Assembly (NCBI GenBank): GCA_963668025.2
Contig: CAXXTH010000010.1
Span: 288,001 to 352,000 of the forward strand
DNA from: Candidatus Hydrogenedentota bacterium
GTDB lineage: Bacteria; Hydrogenedentota; Hydrogenedentia; Hydrogenedentales; SLHB01
Reading direction: 5' to 3'
DNA: 64,000 bases
The notes under the pieces: model-generated
The model's input: the letters and a program-made list of their open reading frames with translations, nothing else
Databases searched by the model: none
What the model was told of the DNA's origin: nothing
Shown: in pieces, positions 1 through 9,581 of the stretch
Numbering within the stretch: the stretch's first letter is position 1
Layout: the number at the start of each line of letters is the position of its first letter
Program-made: the position numbers and the translations under genes

Positions 1-371
1 AACACCTCGCGGGCAAGGGCGTGATCCTGATGATGGATCCCCGCCAATATTATGTCCACGGCCCAGCATTCGTGAATATCGACGCCCTGCTGCCCTTGCG
101 CGCGCTGCCCGTCGAAGAACAGGCCCGCCGCCTCGCCCAATGGGGCATCACGCATGTGTATATCCCGTGGTCATATGTCGAAAAATCACCGCGTTTTGGC
201 GAACTGGGATTCCGCGCCCAATTCTACGAATGGATCCAGCATCCCGAGCTGTTCCAAGAGATCAAGCAGTTCGACCTCGAACGCCGCTCCGGCGTGGGGA
301 AGGAGCATGTGGCCATTTATGCCCTGCATGCGCCTGAAGATTCCTTGCCATCAGAAGTGCTAGAGCCATAG
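1..371 (+). CDS. C-terminal part of a hypothetical protein, possibly the soluble domain of a membrane glycosyltransferase (5' end outside window)
   Basis: Frame is open from the window edge to TAG at 371. LAQWGITHVYI-type tail resembles the ends of GT-C proteins. Confidence 0.5.
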   Translation, partial: HLAGKGVILMMDPRQYYVHGPAFVNIDALLPLRALPVEEQARRLAQWGITHVYIPWSYVEKSPRFGELGFRAQFYEWIQHPELFQEIKQFDLERRSGVGKEHVAIYALHAPEDSLPSEVLEP

Positions 372-495
372 CGTGGCATGCAACCAAATACCCAGATTTT
401 TTGACCGCGAATGGACGCGAATGAACGCCAATAAACTTACTCCGTGTTTTAACTCCCGTAGCATGAGCGTCCAGCCCATGTGATGAGCAAGACTC
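371..495 (+). repeat. Composite intergenic repeat, copy A (GCAACCAAA cap + 3x ~10-nt CGCGAATGRA units + GTAGCATG REP-like hairpin)
   Basis: accgcgaatggacgcgaatgaacgccaata at 404-433. Colinear with 7062-7213. Confidence 0.75.
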
Positions 496-692
496 AAGCA
501 AAACGCATGGTTTCAATGGCATTATTGTTTGCCATTCGGATATAGGAAACGCTGAGATAATTTTATTGTCAGTTATCTAAAGCTTGCGTCTTTGCGGCTT
601 TGCGGAAAAAGAGCGCTGGATCTATTAATGGCGGAGCGCGCACGCGCTTCACTATAATGCCTTCAACGCCCATTTCTGGAAGGAGAAACCTA

Positions 693-1529
693 TTGCCTGG
701 CACGTTATATGTAGTCGCGACGCCCATCGGCAATCTCGAGGATATCACTCTGCGTGCTGCGCGCGTGCTGCGCGAAGCAGACTTGATCGCCGCCGAGGAT
801 ACCCGCCATTCCCGCCGCTTGCTCGATCATCTGGGCGTGAACGCGCCCGTGACTAGTTATCATGAGCACAACGAAGAGTCCAAGTCGCTCAAGTTGGTGG
901 AAGAGCTTGAATCCGGAAAAATCATCGCCTTGATTACCGACGCGGGAACGCCCTGCGTATCCGATCCCGGTTACCGGCTGGTGCGGGCCGCCCGCATGAA
1001 AGGCATTCCTGTTGTGGCCATTCCAGGGCCTTCCGCCGCCATCGCCGCGCTGTCCATCAGCGGGCTGCCGAGCGATTGTTTCACTTTTCATGGCTTTTTC
1101 CCGCGCAAGCGCAGCCGGGCGCTCGATATGCTGGGCGAAGCGGCCCGCGCGGGGGGGACGCATCTTTTCTATGAAGCCCCTAACCGCCTGGCGGACACGC
1201 TGGCGATGCTGGCCGAACACTTACCTGGCTCGGAGGTGGCTGTCGCACGTGAATTGACAAAAATCCATGAAGAAGTCGTATTGGGCGCGCCGTCCAAATT
1301 AGCGGCGCGGTACGCCGCCGCCCCGCCTCGGGGTGAATGCGTGCTGCTGGTCCACCTGAACGCGCATGAAGCGGAGGAGCCCCCGGATGCGGATGAGCTT
1401 AGGCAGGCAGTCGAAGCCCTGATGGCGGAAAAAGGCCTATCCCGCCGCGATGCGGTGCGGCAAATAGCCGAACGCCTTGGCGTGGCCCGCAATACGGTGT
1501 ATGCCGCTGCCATGGGGGAGCGGGAATGA
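693..1529 (+). CDS. rsmI: 16S rRNA (cytidine1402-2'-O)-methyltransferase
   Basis: LYVVATPIGNLEDITLRA, AAEDTR, DAGTPCVSDPG and ARELTKIHEE motifs. TTG start at 693 after AGGAG. Confidence 0.95.
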   Translation: MPGTLYVVATPIGNLEDITLRAARVLREADLIAAEDTRHSRRLLDHLGVNAPVTSYHEHNEESKSLKLVEELESGKIIALITDAGTPCVSDPGYRLVRAARMKGIPVVAIPGPSAAIAALSISGLPSDCFTFHGFFPRKRSRALDMLGEAARAGGTHLFYEAPNRLADTLAMLAEHLPGSEVAVARELTKIHEEVVLGAPSKLAARYAAAPPRGECVLLVHLNAHEAEEPPDADELRQAVEALMAEKGLSRRDAVRQIAERLGVARNTVYAAAMGERE

Positions 1530-2764
1530 ACATTTCAGAACCGCGCGGCATGTGTATCGCCCGCATCGAGCGCGCGGCCATGATATTGCGGTATGCCGTG
1601 TATGTATCGCTGGCGTTCCTCGTGATTTTTGATTCGGTCCACTGGCATGTGCTCATGCTGGCCGCCGCCACGGCGGTGTTGATTCTGCATAACAGTTTCG
1701 TCCATGCCGCGCTATTGTCGGGGCGGATACATTGGTTTCAGACTCCGTTCAATCTTGCACTGTACAGCGTAGAAGCGGTGTTGAGCGTATGGGCGTCCGG
1801 CCTGTCCGACTTTGTCGCCGTATCCTTTGCGTTTCTCCTGCTCGCTGGGATCTGCGTATACGCATCGGATGCGCGCTCCGTCATCGCGGCGACAATCGCG
1901 TTTGTGTTGTCCCTCATTTTGGTGGAAGTTTTACGTGTCCATAATGGAATGACTGGCAGGCCAGTGCTGGAAATGGCGGCGGGGGCCTTGGGCTGCATGC
2001 TCAGCGGCATTTTGCTGGCCTATTTCCGCGCGTACCTTAATGGCGCGGAAAAAGCTGGGCAGGAGCCCCTCGATTCACTTTCCAATGACGCCCCTGCGCT
2101 TCCCGATGTGCTGAATAGCCTTGAAGACGCCATGCTGGTGTGCGATGAAACGGGAGCCATCCTAGAAGCCAACCAAGCGGCTTGTGAGCTTTTTGGCCTT
2201 GCCTCCGAACGCCTGGCGGGAAGCCACCTACGCACGGTGCTGTTTGATGATGGGACTCTGGAAGACAAGCTAGAGGCCGCGCGCCAAACGGGCCTGGCCG
2301 AGAGCGAAGAGGCGGTTGCGGGCGCGTCGGGCGAAGAGCGGCATGTACACATTCAACTGCGTGCGCTGGCAAGTGGGGGAAAGGCGTTTTATGTGGCCGT
2401 TGCGCATAGTGTGAGCATACAAGAGCCGCCACAGGAGGTGGAAGCTCATAAGGACATCGAGCCATTGGGGCCGCGGCGCAGGCGTGAGTGGAACACGGAT
2501 TTTTTTGTGATAACAGCCCAGCGGATCCGCTCACCCTTATCCGCCATTCTCGGGTATGCTGATCTCTTGCTGGAGGAAGAGCTTGGACCGTTGAACCATG
2601 GCCAGCGCAATGCGCTGCAAACATCCCGGCGAAGCGCCCGCCGCATCGTGCGCATGCTAGACGAAGCGTCGGCCAGCCTGCCGCCCGGACGCATTCCCTC
2701 GGCGGATTCCACGCCCGTCCCAGGTGAAGCGCCGCACCAGCCGGATGCAAGTTCGCTTCATTAA
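1526..2764 (+). CDS. Membrane PAS-domain protein with degenerate HisKA domain and no ATPase domain
   Basis: Several TM helices, then PAS (LNSLEDAMLVCDETGAILEANQAACELFG), then H-box-like TAQRIRSPLSAILGY. Confidence 0.75.
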   Translation: MNISEPRGMCIARIERAAMILRYAVYVSLAFLVIFDSVHWHVLMLAAATAVLILHNSFVHAALLSGRIHWFQTPFNLALYSVEAVLSVWASGLSDFVAVSFAFLLLAGICVYASDARSVIAATIAFVLSLILVEVLRVHNGMTGRPVLEMAAGALGCMLSGILLAYFRAYLNGAEKAGQEPLDSLSNDAPALPDVLNSLEDAMLVCDETGAILEANQAACELFGLASERLAGSHLRTVLFDDGTLEDKLEAARQTGLAESEEAVAGASGEERHVHIQLRALASGGKAFYVAVAHSVSIQEPPQEVEAHKDIEPLGPRRRREWNTDFFVITAQRIRSPLSAILGYADLLLEEELGPLNHGQRNALQTSRRSARRIVRMLDEASASLPPGRIPSADSTPVPGEAPHQPDASSLH

Positions 2765-2972
2765 TGAAGAGAACAGCCTGTCAACCTATATTTGCGCCAT
2801 TACGTTTTGAGTAATGAGACTGGCAAGCAATCAGCCTCCAATGTGCCGCATGGCGGTTCTCCTCCTCTCTTCTCCAGACGCCTCTCTCCCCCAGGGGAGG
2901 CGTCCGCCTTGTCATATGTGTTTTTCGATTACCGCCTTGCCGAACGGTGTTTCATACTAAGAAAAAGGATTT

Positions 2973-3008
2973 GCGGTAGGGATGGCTCGCAAGGGCCATC
3001 CCTACCGC
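2973..3008. repeat. GTAG-type REP-like hairpin
   Basis: gcggtagggatggc-N8-gccatccctaccgc, perfect 14-bp stem. Confidence 0.6.
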
Positions 3009-3036
3009 GAATGAGGAAAGATCAGGGCTTACGCAT

Positions 3037-4194
3037 CTAAATTCCCAGTAAACGTAGAAGGTATTCGGGGTCGAGTGCAGCAGCGAAGCGCTTGCCCCTG
3101 AGGAAATCTTTGTTGGTCTTGTCTTTCTTGAGGAGGTTGAGTGTAATTCTCCTCAAGGAGGCGAGATTCTGGGCGGCGTTTCTTGTTCGGGCGCGGTTGT
3201 CGTCTTCGCGAAAGATAATGTCTAGGCACCAGTGCAAATTGTTTTCCACGCCCCAGTGTCCACGCACGGCGTGGGCGAATCGTCGTGCGTCGAGGGGCAG
3301 GCTGCTCAAGTAGTAGCGCCGCTCGATGGTGTTCTTCCCTTTTTCCTTGCGGATGGACTCGACCATGCCGAAACTCTTGAGGCCCTTCCAAAGTCCTTTG
3401 TCCTCGAACCAGCCCAAGTCGGTGGATTGCCAGTATCGGCGGGTTTCGATGCGGCCATGCCCCTTGTCGATGGTCTGGTGGAAATCCATCCGTGTGGCGT
3501 CGGCTGTTGGCGCGCACTGGGTGGCGCAAGGGGGAACGGCGTCCTTGAAAAAGGCCTTCACTTCTTCTAGGGCGGTGGCGTGGTTGCCTTTGAGGGCCAG
3601 CACGTAGTCGGCCTGCCGTTGGATAATGTGGGAGGCGATATCCTTCTGGCAGCCCATGGCGTCCAGGGTGACGATGGCTCCCTTGAGCTTTAAGGCGTTG
3701 AGGAGTTTGGGGACGGCGGTGATTTCGTTGGATTTCTCGTCCACCTTGACCTGCCCCAGCGCCAGGCCGTGCTCGCAAGCCCATGCGCTGACGATGTAGG
3801 GGATGGCCTCCCCCTGATTCAAGGCGCGCCGCAGGGCTTTGCCGTCAATGGCGGCGACCTCATCGCTTAGATTGGGGCAAATGCCCTGCACCCATTGGCC
3901 GAAGCATTCCAGAAAGGCATGGGGGTCGAGGGCGGAAAAGACCCGGTTGAAGGTGTCGTGCGAGGGGATGCCGCCGGGCAATTCCAGGAAGCCCTTCAGC
4001 CAATCCTCCCGGAGCCAGCCGAAGCGCTCCATATCCGAAAAGCTCTCTCCGCCCACGAGGGCTGAGCATAGCCCAATCACCAAGATGTCAATGAAGTTGT
4101 GCCTGCGGGTTCGGTCCATGCGGGGATCGGGCAGGCCCGCGAAACACTCGATGATAGGCTTGGGCTTGGGCAGGGATTTCTTTTCAGCGGTCAT
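3037..4194 (-). CDS. ISAs1-family DDE transposase
   Basis: GIPSHDTF, AIDGK, KSNEITA, TLDAMGCQ, KGHGRIETR and RGHWGVENNLHW motifs. Confidence 0.95.
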   Translation of the reverse strand: MTAEKKSLPKPKPIIECFAGLPDPRMDRTRRHNFIDILVIGLCSALVGGESFSDMERFGWLREDWLKGFLELPGGIPSHDTFNRVFSALDPHAFLECFGQWVQGICPNLSDEVAAIDGKALRRALNQGEAIPYIVSAWACEHGLALGQVKVDEKSNEITAVPKLLNALKLKGAIVTLDAMGCQKDIASHIIQRQADYVLALKGNHATALEEVKAFFKDAVPPCATQCAPTADATRMDFHQTIDKGHGRIETRRYWQSTDLGWFEDKGLWKGLKSFGMVESIRKEKGKNTIERRYYLSSLPLDARRFAHAVRGHWGVENNLHWCLDIIFREDDNRARTRNAAQNLASLRRITLNLLKKDKTNKDFLRGKRFAAALDPEYLLRLLGI

Positions 4195-4228
4195 GGGGTG
4201 CTCCTTTCATTCATGCGCCGAAGCACTG

Positions 4229-4258
4229 TTGACTCTAGTATATAGAATTCTATATATT
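4229..4258 (+). promoter_or_regulatory. Sigma70-like promoter overlapping an 18-bp perfect palindrome, inside the IS
   Basis: TTGACT (4229) N18 TATATT (4253). Palindrome TATATAGAATTCTATATA at 4239-4256. Confidence 0.5.
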
Positions 4259-4265
4259 AAAATCC

Positions 4266-4565
4266 ATGAAGCACACCAAAAAGATGCAAGCATTGCTGGA
4301 GCGCATGGCGCAGATTGAGCGGATGGAGCGCGGAAAGCTCTGTCAAATGGGCGGGCGTCCCCACTTTAACCACCAGAGCTGGGAGAACGAGAAGAACGTG
4401 GTTCGCTATGTGCCGGCGCGCGAAACCGAGTTCCTAAAAGAGGCCATCAATGGCTACCAGGCTTTCATGAAGCTGGCTGAACGCTACGTGGACGAAGTCG
4501 TCAAGCAAACCCGCCGTGAGCGCGCAAAGACCTTCCCCCAAGCGAAAAATCCCAGGCCACGTTGA
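4266..4565 (+). CDS. Small basic IS passenger protein (DUF6788-like)
   Basis: 99-aa intact ORF lying between the IS TIRs. MERGKL...NHQSW...NVVRYVP pattern. Family name is from recollection. Confidence 0.65.
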   Translation: MKHTKKMQALLERMAQIERMERGKLCQMGGRPHFNHQSWENEKNVVRYVPARETEFLKEAINGYQAFMKLAERYVDEVVKQTRRERAKTFPQAKNPRPR

Positions 4566-4709
4566 CAGAAAAAATCATGCACAACAGGATAAATCGACTC
4601 TTGAGCACTATTAGATGCGTAAGCCCTGGAGGAAAGATCCGCTTAATGGATTATTTGGCGATATCGAAGGTATAATGCCGCAACGTAAATGCAGGGTAGG
4701 GGGTGCGCC

Positions 4710-5552
4710 ATGTCGCTGCAAGATTCACTTCCCATAGCTTTGCGCACAAAAACATTATCTTCAGCGGACGAAGTCCATACGCAGTGGAACCAGTCCGATG
4801 TCCTCTTATTTCCTGAATTGAGCCAAGGGCCTTATATAGCGGGACTTGCCTGTTCGGAAAGGTGTGTGTGTGACGCCCAGCGATTGCGGTATGAAGTCTT
4901 CAACCTGGAATTGGGTGAGGGATTAAGCATATCGGCGCTAAGCGGGCTTGATGAGGACGAATTCGACAGCCAAATGGAGCATATCGTGCTCATTGAACAG
5001 GCTTCCGGGGCCATCATCGGAACATACCGCGTGCAAACAATCGCCCATGCCATGACTCGGCGCGGATTGTATTCCGCAAGGGAATTCGATGTGTCTGCTC
5101 TGGCGCCCTATGCCCGGCGGGCGGTGGAATGCGGGCGCGCCTGCGTAGCAGAGGCGCACCGCTGCATGCAGGCCATTCACGTGTTGTGGCTGGGAATAGG
5201 CGCATACCTCAATCTACATGCCTGCAGTTATGTTTTTGGGTGTTGTTCGCTCACGACGCGGGATCCGGATGATGGGTGGCGTGCGCTCAAGGGATTGCGC
5301 GGAAACCGCTATGTGCATCCCGAATTGTGGCTGCATGCAACGCCTTCCTGTTCCTGCGGCCATCCCACCCGCGAACAGGACTCGAGCCTTGGCGAGGCCC
5401 TGCGCCTGCCCAAGCTCTTCAAAGCCTATATGCGCATGGGCGCGCTGGTGATCTCGGAACCGGCTATCGACCGGGATTTCGGGACCGTTGACTTCCTTAT
5501 TCTCATGGATGCGCGCAAGGTCAATCTTTCGCGGCTGGGTGTCGTCAAATAA
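4710..5552 (+). CDS. olsB: GNAT N-acyltransferase, OlsB-like (ornithine lipid)
   Basis: AQRLRYEVF, DEDEFD, GTYR, ECGRACV and PKLFKAYMRMGA...EPAIDRDFGTVDF motifs. Confidence 0.75.
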   Translation: MSLQDSLPIALRTKTLSSADEVHTQWNQSDVLLFPELSQGPYIAGLACSERCVCDAQRLRYEVFNLELGEGLSISALSGLDEDEFDSQMEHIVLIEQASGAIIGTYRVQTIAHAMTRRGLYSAREFDVSALAPYARRAVECGRACVAEAHRCMQAIHVLWLGIGAYLNLHACSYVFGCCSLTTRDPDDGWRALKGLRGNRYVHPELWLHATPSCSCGHPTREQDSSLGEALRLPKLFKAYMRMGALVISEPAIDRDFGTVDFLILMDARKVNLSRLGVVK

Positions 5553-6376
5553 TGCCCGAAACGCAGAAGACCGCACCCATATCCTCATCCTCGGCGGAGC
5601 ATGCTCGAGCGCATTCGTGCCGCCTGTTGGCAGCCGTACGCCTGATAGCGCTGGCGCTCAGCACCTTGGTGATCTACAGCGCTTTCCGCACGCATCTCGC
5701 CCTTACGCCCGAGGCTCGGCGTTTGCCCGTGGCCGCGCGATGGACCCGCCGCTGGTTCAGCGCGTTGCGCCTGATTATGGGAGTGCGCATCACCGTGCGG
5801 GGCCAGATTCCGCAGACAGGAACCTTCATTGCCCCGAATCATTTGGGATACATGGACATAGTGGCCCTGGGCTCGATTCTCGAGTGTTTTTTCGTAGGGC
5901 GCGCCGATATCGCCACCTGGCCGGTTATGGGCGCTCTCTTCACGTCATCACGGCATATCGGGGTGGCGCGCGAAGATAAGCGGGTGCTGGCTTCCGTAGT
6001 GGATGCCGTACGCCAGCGGCTCGAGGAACGCCAATCGGTTTGTGTCTTTCTTGAAGGAACCTCCTCGGGGGGAGAGTCCGTGCTGCCCTTCCGGCCCTCT
6101 CTGGCCCAAGCGGCGATTGGCGCGGAAGCGCCGGTGGTTCCAGTAGGCATGTGCTGGAGCGCGCGTGCGCCGCGCATTCAGATTTCCGAGGACGTGGCCT
6201 ATTGGAAAGACCACGTTTTTGGAAGCCATATCTGGCGCTTATTAGGCTTGCGCGGCATTCAGGCCGAGATCATATTCGGAGAGCCTCTAGACCCGCGAGG
6301 CCAAGACAGAAAATCCCTTGCCTGCGCCATACAAGCAGAAGTGGTTCGGCTGCGCATCGGGCATATCGCATATTAA
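5552..6376 (+). CDS. olsA: PlsC-family acyltransferase, OlsA-like
   Basis: NHLGYMD (HX4D) and FLEGTS motifs. Translationally coupled to the GNAT gene. Confidence 0.7.
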   Translation: MPETQKTAPISSSSAEHARAHSCRLLAAVRLIALALSTLVIYSAFRTHLALTPEARRLPVAARWTRRWFSALRLIMGVRITVRGQIPQTGTFIAPNHLGYMDIVALGSILECFFVGRADIATWPVMGALFTSSRHIGVAREDKRVLASVVDAVRQRLEERQSVCVFLEGTSSGGESVLPFRPSLAQAAIGAEAPVVPVGMCWSARAPRIQISEDVAYWKDHVFGSHIWRLLGLRGIQAEIIFGEPLDPRGQDRKSLACAIQAEVVRLRIGHIAY

Positions 6377-6390
6377 GGCCCTGGAACACG

Positions 6391-6909
6391 CTAGATTTTT
6401 GTAACAGCGCTGGCCTCTTTCGCAAAATCAATAGTTATGCGTTCCGTACCGGGAGTGAAAGCGGTATAAGAAACGCCCGCCATATCCAACATACGCCGCG
6501 CGGCGCGGCAACTGTCGGTGTCGTGGTATTTATCACTTAGGTAGATGATATGCGTGATGCCGCTCTGGATGATCAATTTGGCGCATTCATTACAAGGGAA
6601 CAGCGTCACATAAAGGCGGCAGCGCTGTAAGTCAGCGGCGTTTTTATTCATGATGGCGTTCAATTCCGCATGGCAGACATAGGGATATTTGGTGTCGCAT
6701 GCGTTTTCCGCTTCGCGCGCCCAAGGGAGCTGGTCGTCGCTGCAACCGCGAGGAAAACCGTTATATCCGATGCCTACGATTTTCTGCTCCGGATTGACGA
6801 TGCATGCGCCCACCTGCGAGTTGGGGTCTTTGCTGCGATGGGACGACAAAATGGCGATGCCCATGAAATAATCGTCCCATGAAATATAATCGGTTCGTTT
6901 TTGGGTCAT
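6391..6909 (-). CDS. dCMP deaminase
   Basis: [27 protein letters not shown] and PCNECAK zinc motifs. Confidence 0.93.
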   Translation of the reverse strand: MTQKRTDYISWDDYFMGIAILSSHRSKDPNSQVGACIVNPEQKIVGIGYNGFPRGCSDDQLPWAREAENACDTKYPYVCHAELNAIMNKNAADLQRCRLYVTLFPCNECAKLIIQSGITHIIYLSDKYHDTDSCRAARRMLDMAGVSYTAFTPGTERITIDFAKEASAVTKI

Positions 6910-7061
6910 GCGTGGATACTCCTTATTATGAAAACCTGGCAGAGCATATCACAGTCTTCAATCGGGTGGAATACTCCCGAGTCGGCCAGGCAACATAGGC
7001 AAACTTGCGCCCATCGAACAGAGATGGGCCTGTTCGCGTTAATTCCACTCGAGAGGACGTT

Positions 7062-7213
7062 GCGCGGGATGGCCGCAACCAAACGGCCCGTTTTTTTGAC
7101 CGCGAATAGACGCGAATGGACGCGAATGAACGCCAATAGATTATGCTCCTTGTTTTTACTCCCGCAGCATGGGCGTCTCAGCCAAGCGCATGGGCGGGAC
7201 GCATATGCTACGG
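7062..7213 (+). repeat. Composite intergenic repeat, copy B (cap + 4x 10-nt units + inverted REP-like doublet)
   Basis: ggccgcaaccaaa cap. accgcgaatagacgcgaatggacgcgaatgaacgccaata at 7099-7138. cagcatgggcgtct...gggacgcatatgctacg doublet. Confidence 0.75.
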
Positions 7214-7277
7214 ATAGCAGAAAATAAAACGAGCACGCATTTCATCATCCAGTACGATTTGAGGTGAATTTCGTTGT

Positions 7278-7306
7278 TTGATTGTCTCTTCAGGGGGGTC
7301 TATAAT
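7278..7306 (+). promoter_or_regulatory. Sigma70 promoter of the arg operon
   Basis: TTGATT-N17-TATAAT. Confidence 0.65.
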
Positions 7307-7329
7307 CTTTCCTTCTATGGAGGCGAAAT

Positions 7330-8355
7330 ATGATCCAGATAGGGATAGTTGGAGCGACGGGCTACGGCGGCCGGGAATTGGTCCGGTTGCTGCTCGCGCA
7401 TCCAGAAGTAGAGCTGGTGGAAATAGCGTCCACGAGCGCTCCGGGCAAGCGCCTGGGTGAGGTGCTGCCTGCGTTTCGGGGCATGACGGACTTGGTGTTC
7501 GAGCCTTTTGACGCCCAGCGCCTGGCGGAACGGTGCGACGCTGTATTTATTGGCGTCCCGAGCACGGAATCCATGGAACTGGGCAAGGCCCTGCACTTAG
7601 CAGGCGCGCGGGTGCTCGATATCGGCGCGGATTTCCGCTTGAAAGATCCCGCGTTATACTCGCGGTACTATAAAAAAGAACATACGGCCACGGAGCTTTT
7701 GGATGAAGCCGTCTATGGGCTTGTGCCGGTCTATCGGGATGAGATCAGCCGTGCGCGCCTGGTGGCGGTGCCGGGATGTTATCCCATCAGCGTGATTTTA
7801 CCGTTATGGCCGCTGGTGGACCATCTGGACGGGTCTATTCCCGTGGTGATCGACAGTATATCCGGCATTTCGGGAGCGGGCCGAAGCCTTAGCGAAGCGT
7901 TCCACTTCCCGGAGATGAACGAGAATCTGAAGGCGTACAAGCTGGCGGCGCATCAGCATGTGCCCGAGATCGAGCAGGAACTGGACAACAAGGTGATGGT
8001 GCAGTTCACGCCGCATGTAGCGCCGCTGACGCGGGGTATTTTGAGCACGATCACGGTGCGGCTTCCGGATGAACTGCGCAAGCCGGGAGCCGTGGCCGAG
8101 TGTTATCGCTGCTATGGCGACGAGCCGTATATTCGTGTGCTGGGCGAAGGCAGCCTGCCCGAAGTGAAATGGGTGCGCGGGTCGAATTATTGCGATTTTG
8201 GCTGGGTGGCGGATGAACGGACCGGTAATCTAGTCATTGTCAGCGCCATCGACAATTTGATGGGCGGCACGGCGGGCATGGCGCTCCAGTGTCTGAATCT
8301 TATGTTTAAGCTCGAAGAAACCACGGGCTTGCGGTTTGGAGGTATGGCCCCATGA
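7330..8355 (+). CDS. argC: N-acetyl-gamma-glutamyl-phosphate reductase
   Basis: GATGYGG, AVPGCYP, SGISGAGR and AIDNL motifs. Confidence 0.96.
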   Translation: MIQIGIVGATGYGGRELVRLLLAHPEVELVEIASTSAPGKRLGEVLPAFRGMTDLVFEPFDAQRLAERCDAVFIGVPSTESMELGKALHLAGARVLDIGADFRLKDPALYSRYYKKEHTATELLDEAVYGLVPVYRDEISRARLVAVPGCYPISVILPLWPLVDHLDGSIPVVIDSISGISGAGRSLSEAFHFPEMNENLKAYKLAAHQHVPEIEQELDNKVMVQFTPHVAPLTRGILSTITVRLPDELRKPGAVAECYRCYGDEPYIRVLGEGSLPEVKWVRGSNYCDFGWVADERTGNLVIVSAIDNLMGGTAGMALQCLNLMFKLEETTGLRFGGMAP

Positions 8356-9557
8356 AGTCCATTAGCGGGGGCGTCACCGCTCCACGGGGATTCCGGGCAG
8401 CGGGTTTTGCCGCACATATTAAATTAAAGAGCACGAAGAAGGATTGCGCGCTCGTGGTGAGCGATTCTGCCGCGTCCGTGGCGGGCATGTTCACCACAAA
8501 TATATTCAAAGCGCCACCGGTGATGTGGACAGAGCAGATGTGCCAGCGGGGTGCAAGCCGGGGCGTGTTCATCAATAGCGGAAACGCCAACGCATGCACC
8601 GGCGAAGAAGGTTTGGCCGATGTGGCGGAGACAGCGCGCCTGGCGGCGCTGGCGATAGGCGCAACAGCCGAGGGAATCGGCGTGCTGAGCACCGGAGTGA
8701 TAGGCGTGCGGCTGCCCATGGCCCGCATTCAGGCCGGCGTGGAAGCATGCGCGGCGGCATTGTCCGTACCAGGCGGAAAAGACGCCGCCGAAGCCATCAT
8801 GACCACGGACACCGTCCCGAAGGAAATCGCTATTGAAATTTCCTTGGGAAATGGAACGGTCCGGCTGGGAGCGATGGCGAAGGGTTCAGGCATGATTTGT
8901 CCGAACATGGCGACCATGATTTGCGTGATCACGACGGATGCGGCTGTTGAACCTGCCGCATTATCCATGGCCCTTCGTGGCGCGGTGGGCATGTCGATTA
9001 ACCGCATCTGCGTCGATAATGACATGAGCACGAGCGACTGCGTATTGTGCCTTGCCAACGGGGCATCGGGGCTCCCCGCGCTCGAACCGGGAACGGAGGC
9101 GTTCGCCGCGTTCCAGCAGGCGTTGAACCAGCTTTGCCAGGACATGGCGAAGGCGCTGGTGCGCGATGGCGAAGGAGCAACGAAGCTGGTGGAGATCCGC
9201 GTATCGGGCGCGGCCAGCGATGAGGATGCGTCGCGCATCGCCCGTGCGGTGGGGCAATCCCAATTATGCAAGACCGCATTTTACGGGGAAGACCCGAACT
9301 GGGGCCGGATTGCCTGCGCGGCGGGATATGCCGGAGTGGCGTTTGAGCCTAGCGCCTTGTCGATTTGGCTCGATGAGGTGCAAGTGGCCCAGGCAGGCCG
9401 GCCAACGGCCTATGAAGAAGAAGCGGCGGCAGCCGTCATGAAGCAACGGGAATTTGCCATTCGGCTCACGGTGGGGGGCGGGTCCGGCGAGTCGGTGTTT
9501 TGGACATCTGATTTAAGCGTGGATTACGTTCACATCAACGCCGATTACCGGTCTTAA
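8352..9557 (+). CDS. argJ: Ornithine acetyltransferase / N-acetylglutamate synthase
   Basis: NSGNANACTG, IMTTDT, KGSGMICPNMATM, RDGEGATK and NADYRS motifs. Confidence 0.96.
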   Translation: MKSISGGVTAPRGFRAAGFAAHIKLKSTKKDCALVVSDSAASVAGMFTTNIFKAPPVMWTEQMCQRGASRGVFINSGNANACTGEEGLADVAETARLAALAIGATAEGIGVLSTGVIGVRLPMARIQAGVEACAAALSVPGGKDAAEAIMTTDTVPKEIAIEISLGNGTVRLGAMAKGSGMICPNMATMICVITTDAAVEPAALSMALRGAVGMSINRICVDNDMSTSDCVLCLANGASGLPALEPGTEAFAAFQQALNQLCQDMAKALVRDGEGATKLVEIRVSGAASDEDASRIARAVGQSQLCKTAFYGEDPNWGRIACAAGYAGVAFEPSALSIWLDEVQVAQAGRPTAYEEEAAAAVMKQREFAIRLTVGGGSGESVFWTSDLSVDYVHINADYRS

Positions 9558-9581
9558 CGGATCGGAATAACGAGGAGACTC

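Larger units (their letters stand above)
3023..4628 (-). mobile_element. ISAs1-family insertion sequence (1606 bp) with passenger ORF
   Basis: Perfect 18-bp TIR CAGGGCTTACGCATCTAA (3023-3040 and 4611-4628). 10-bp TSD GAGGAAAGAT (3013-3022 and 4629-4638). Confidence 0.95.
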
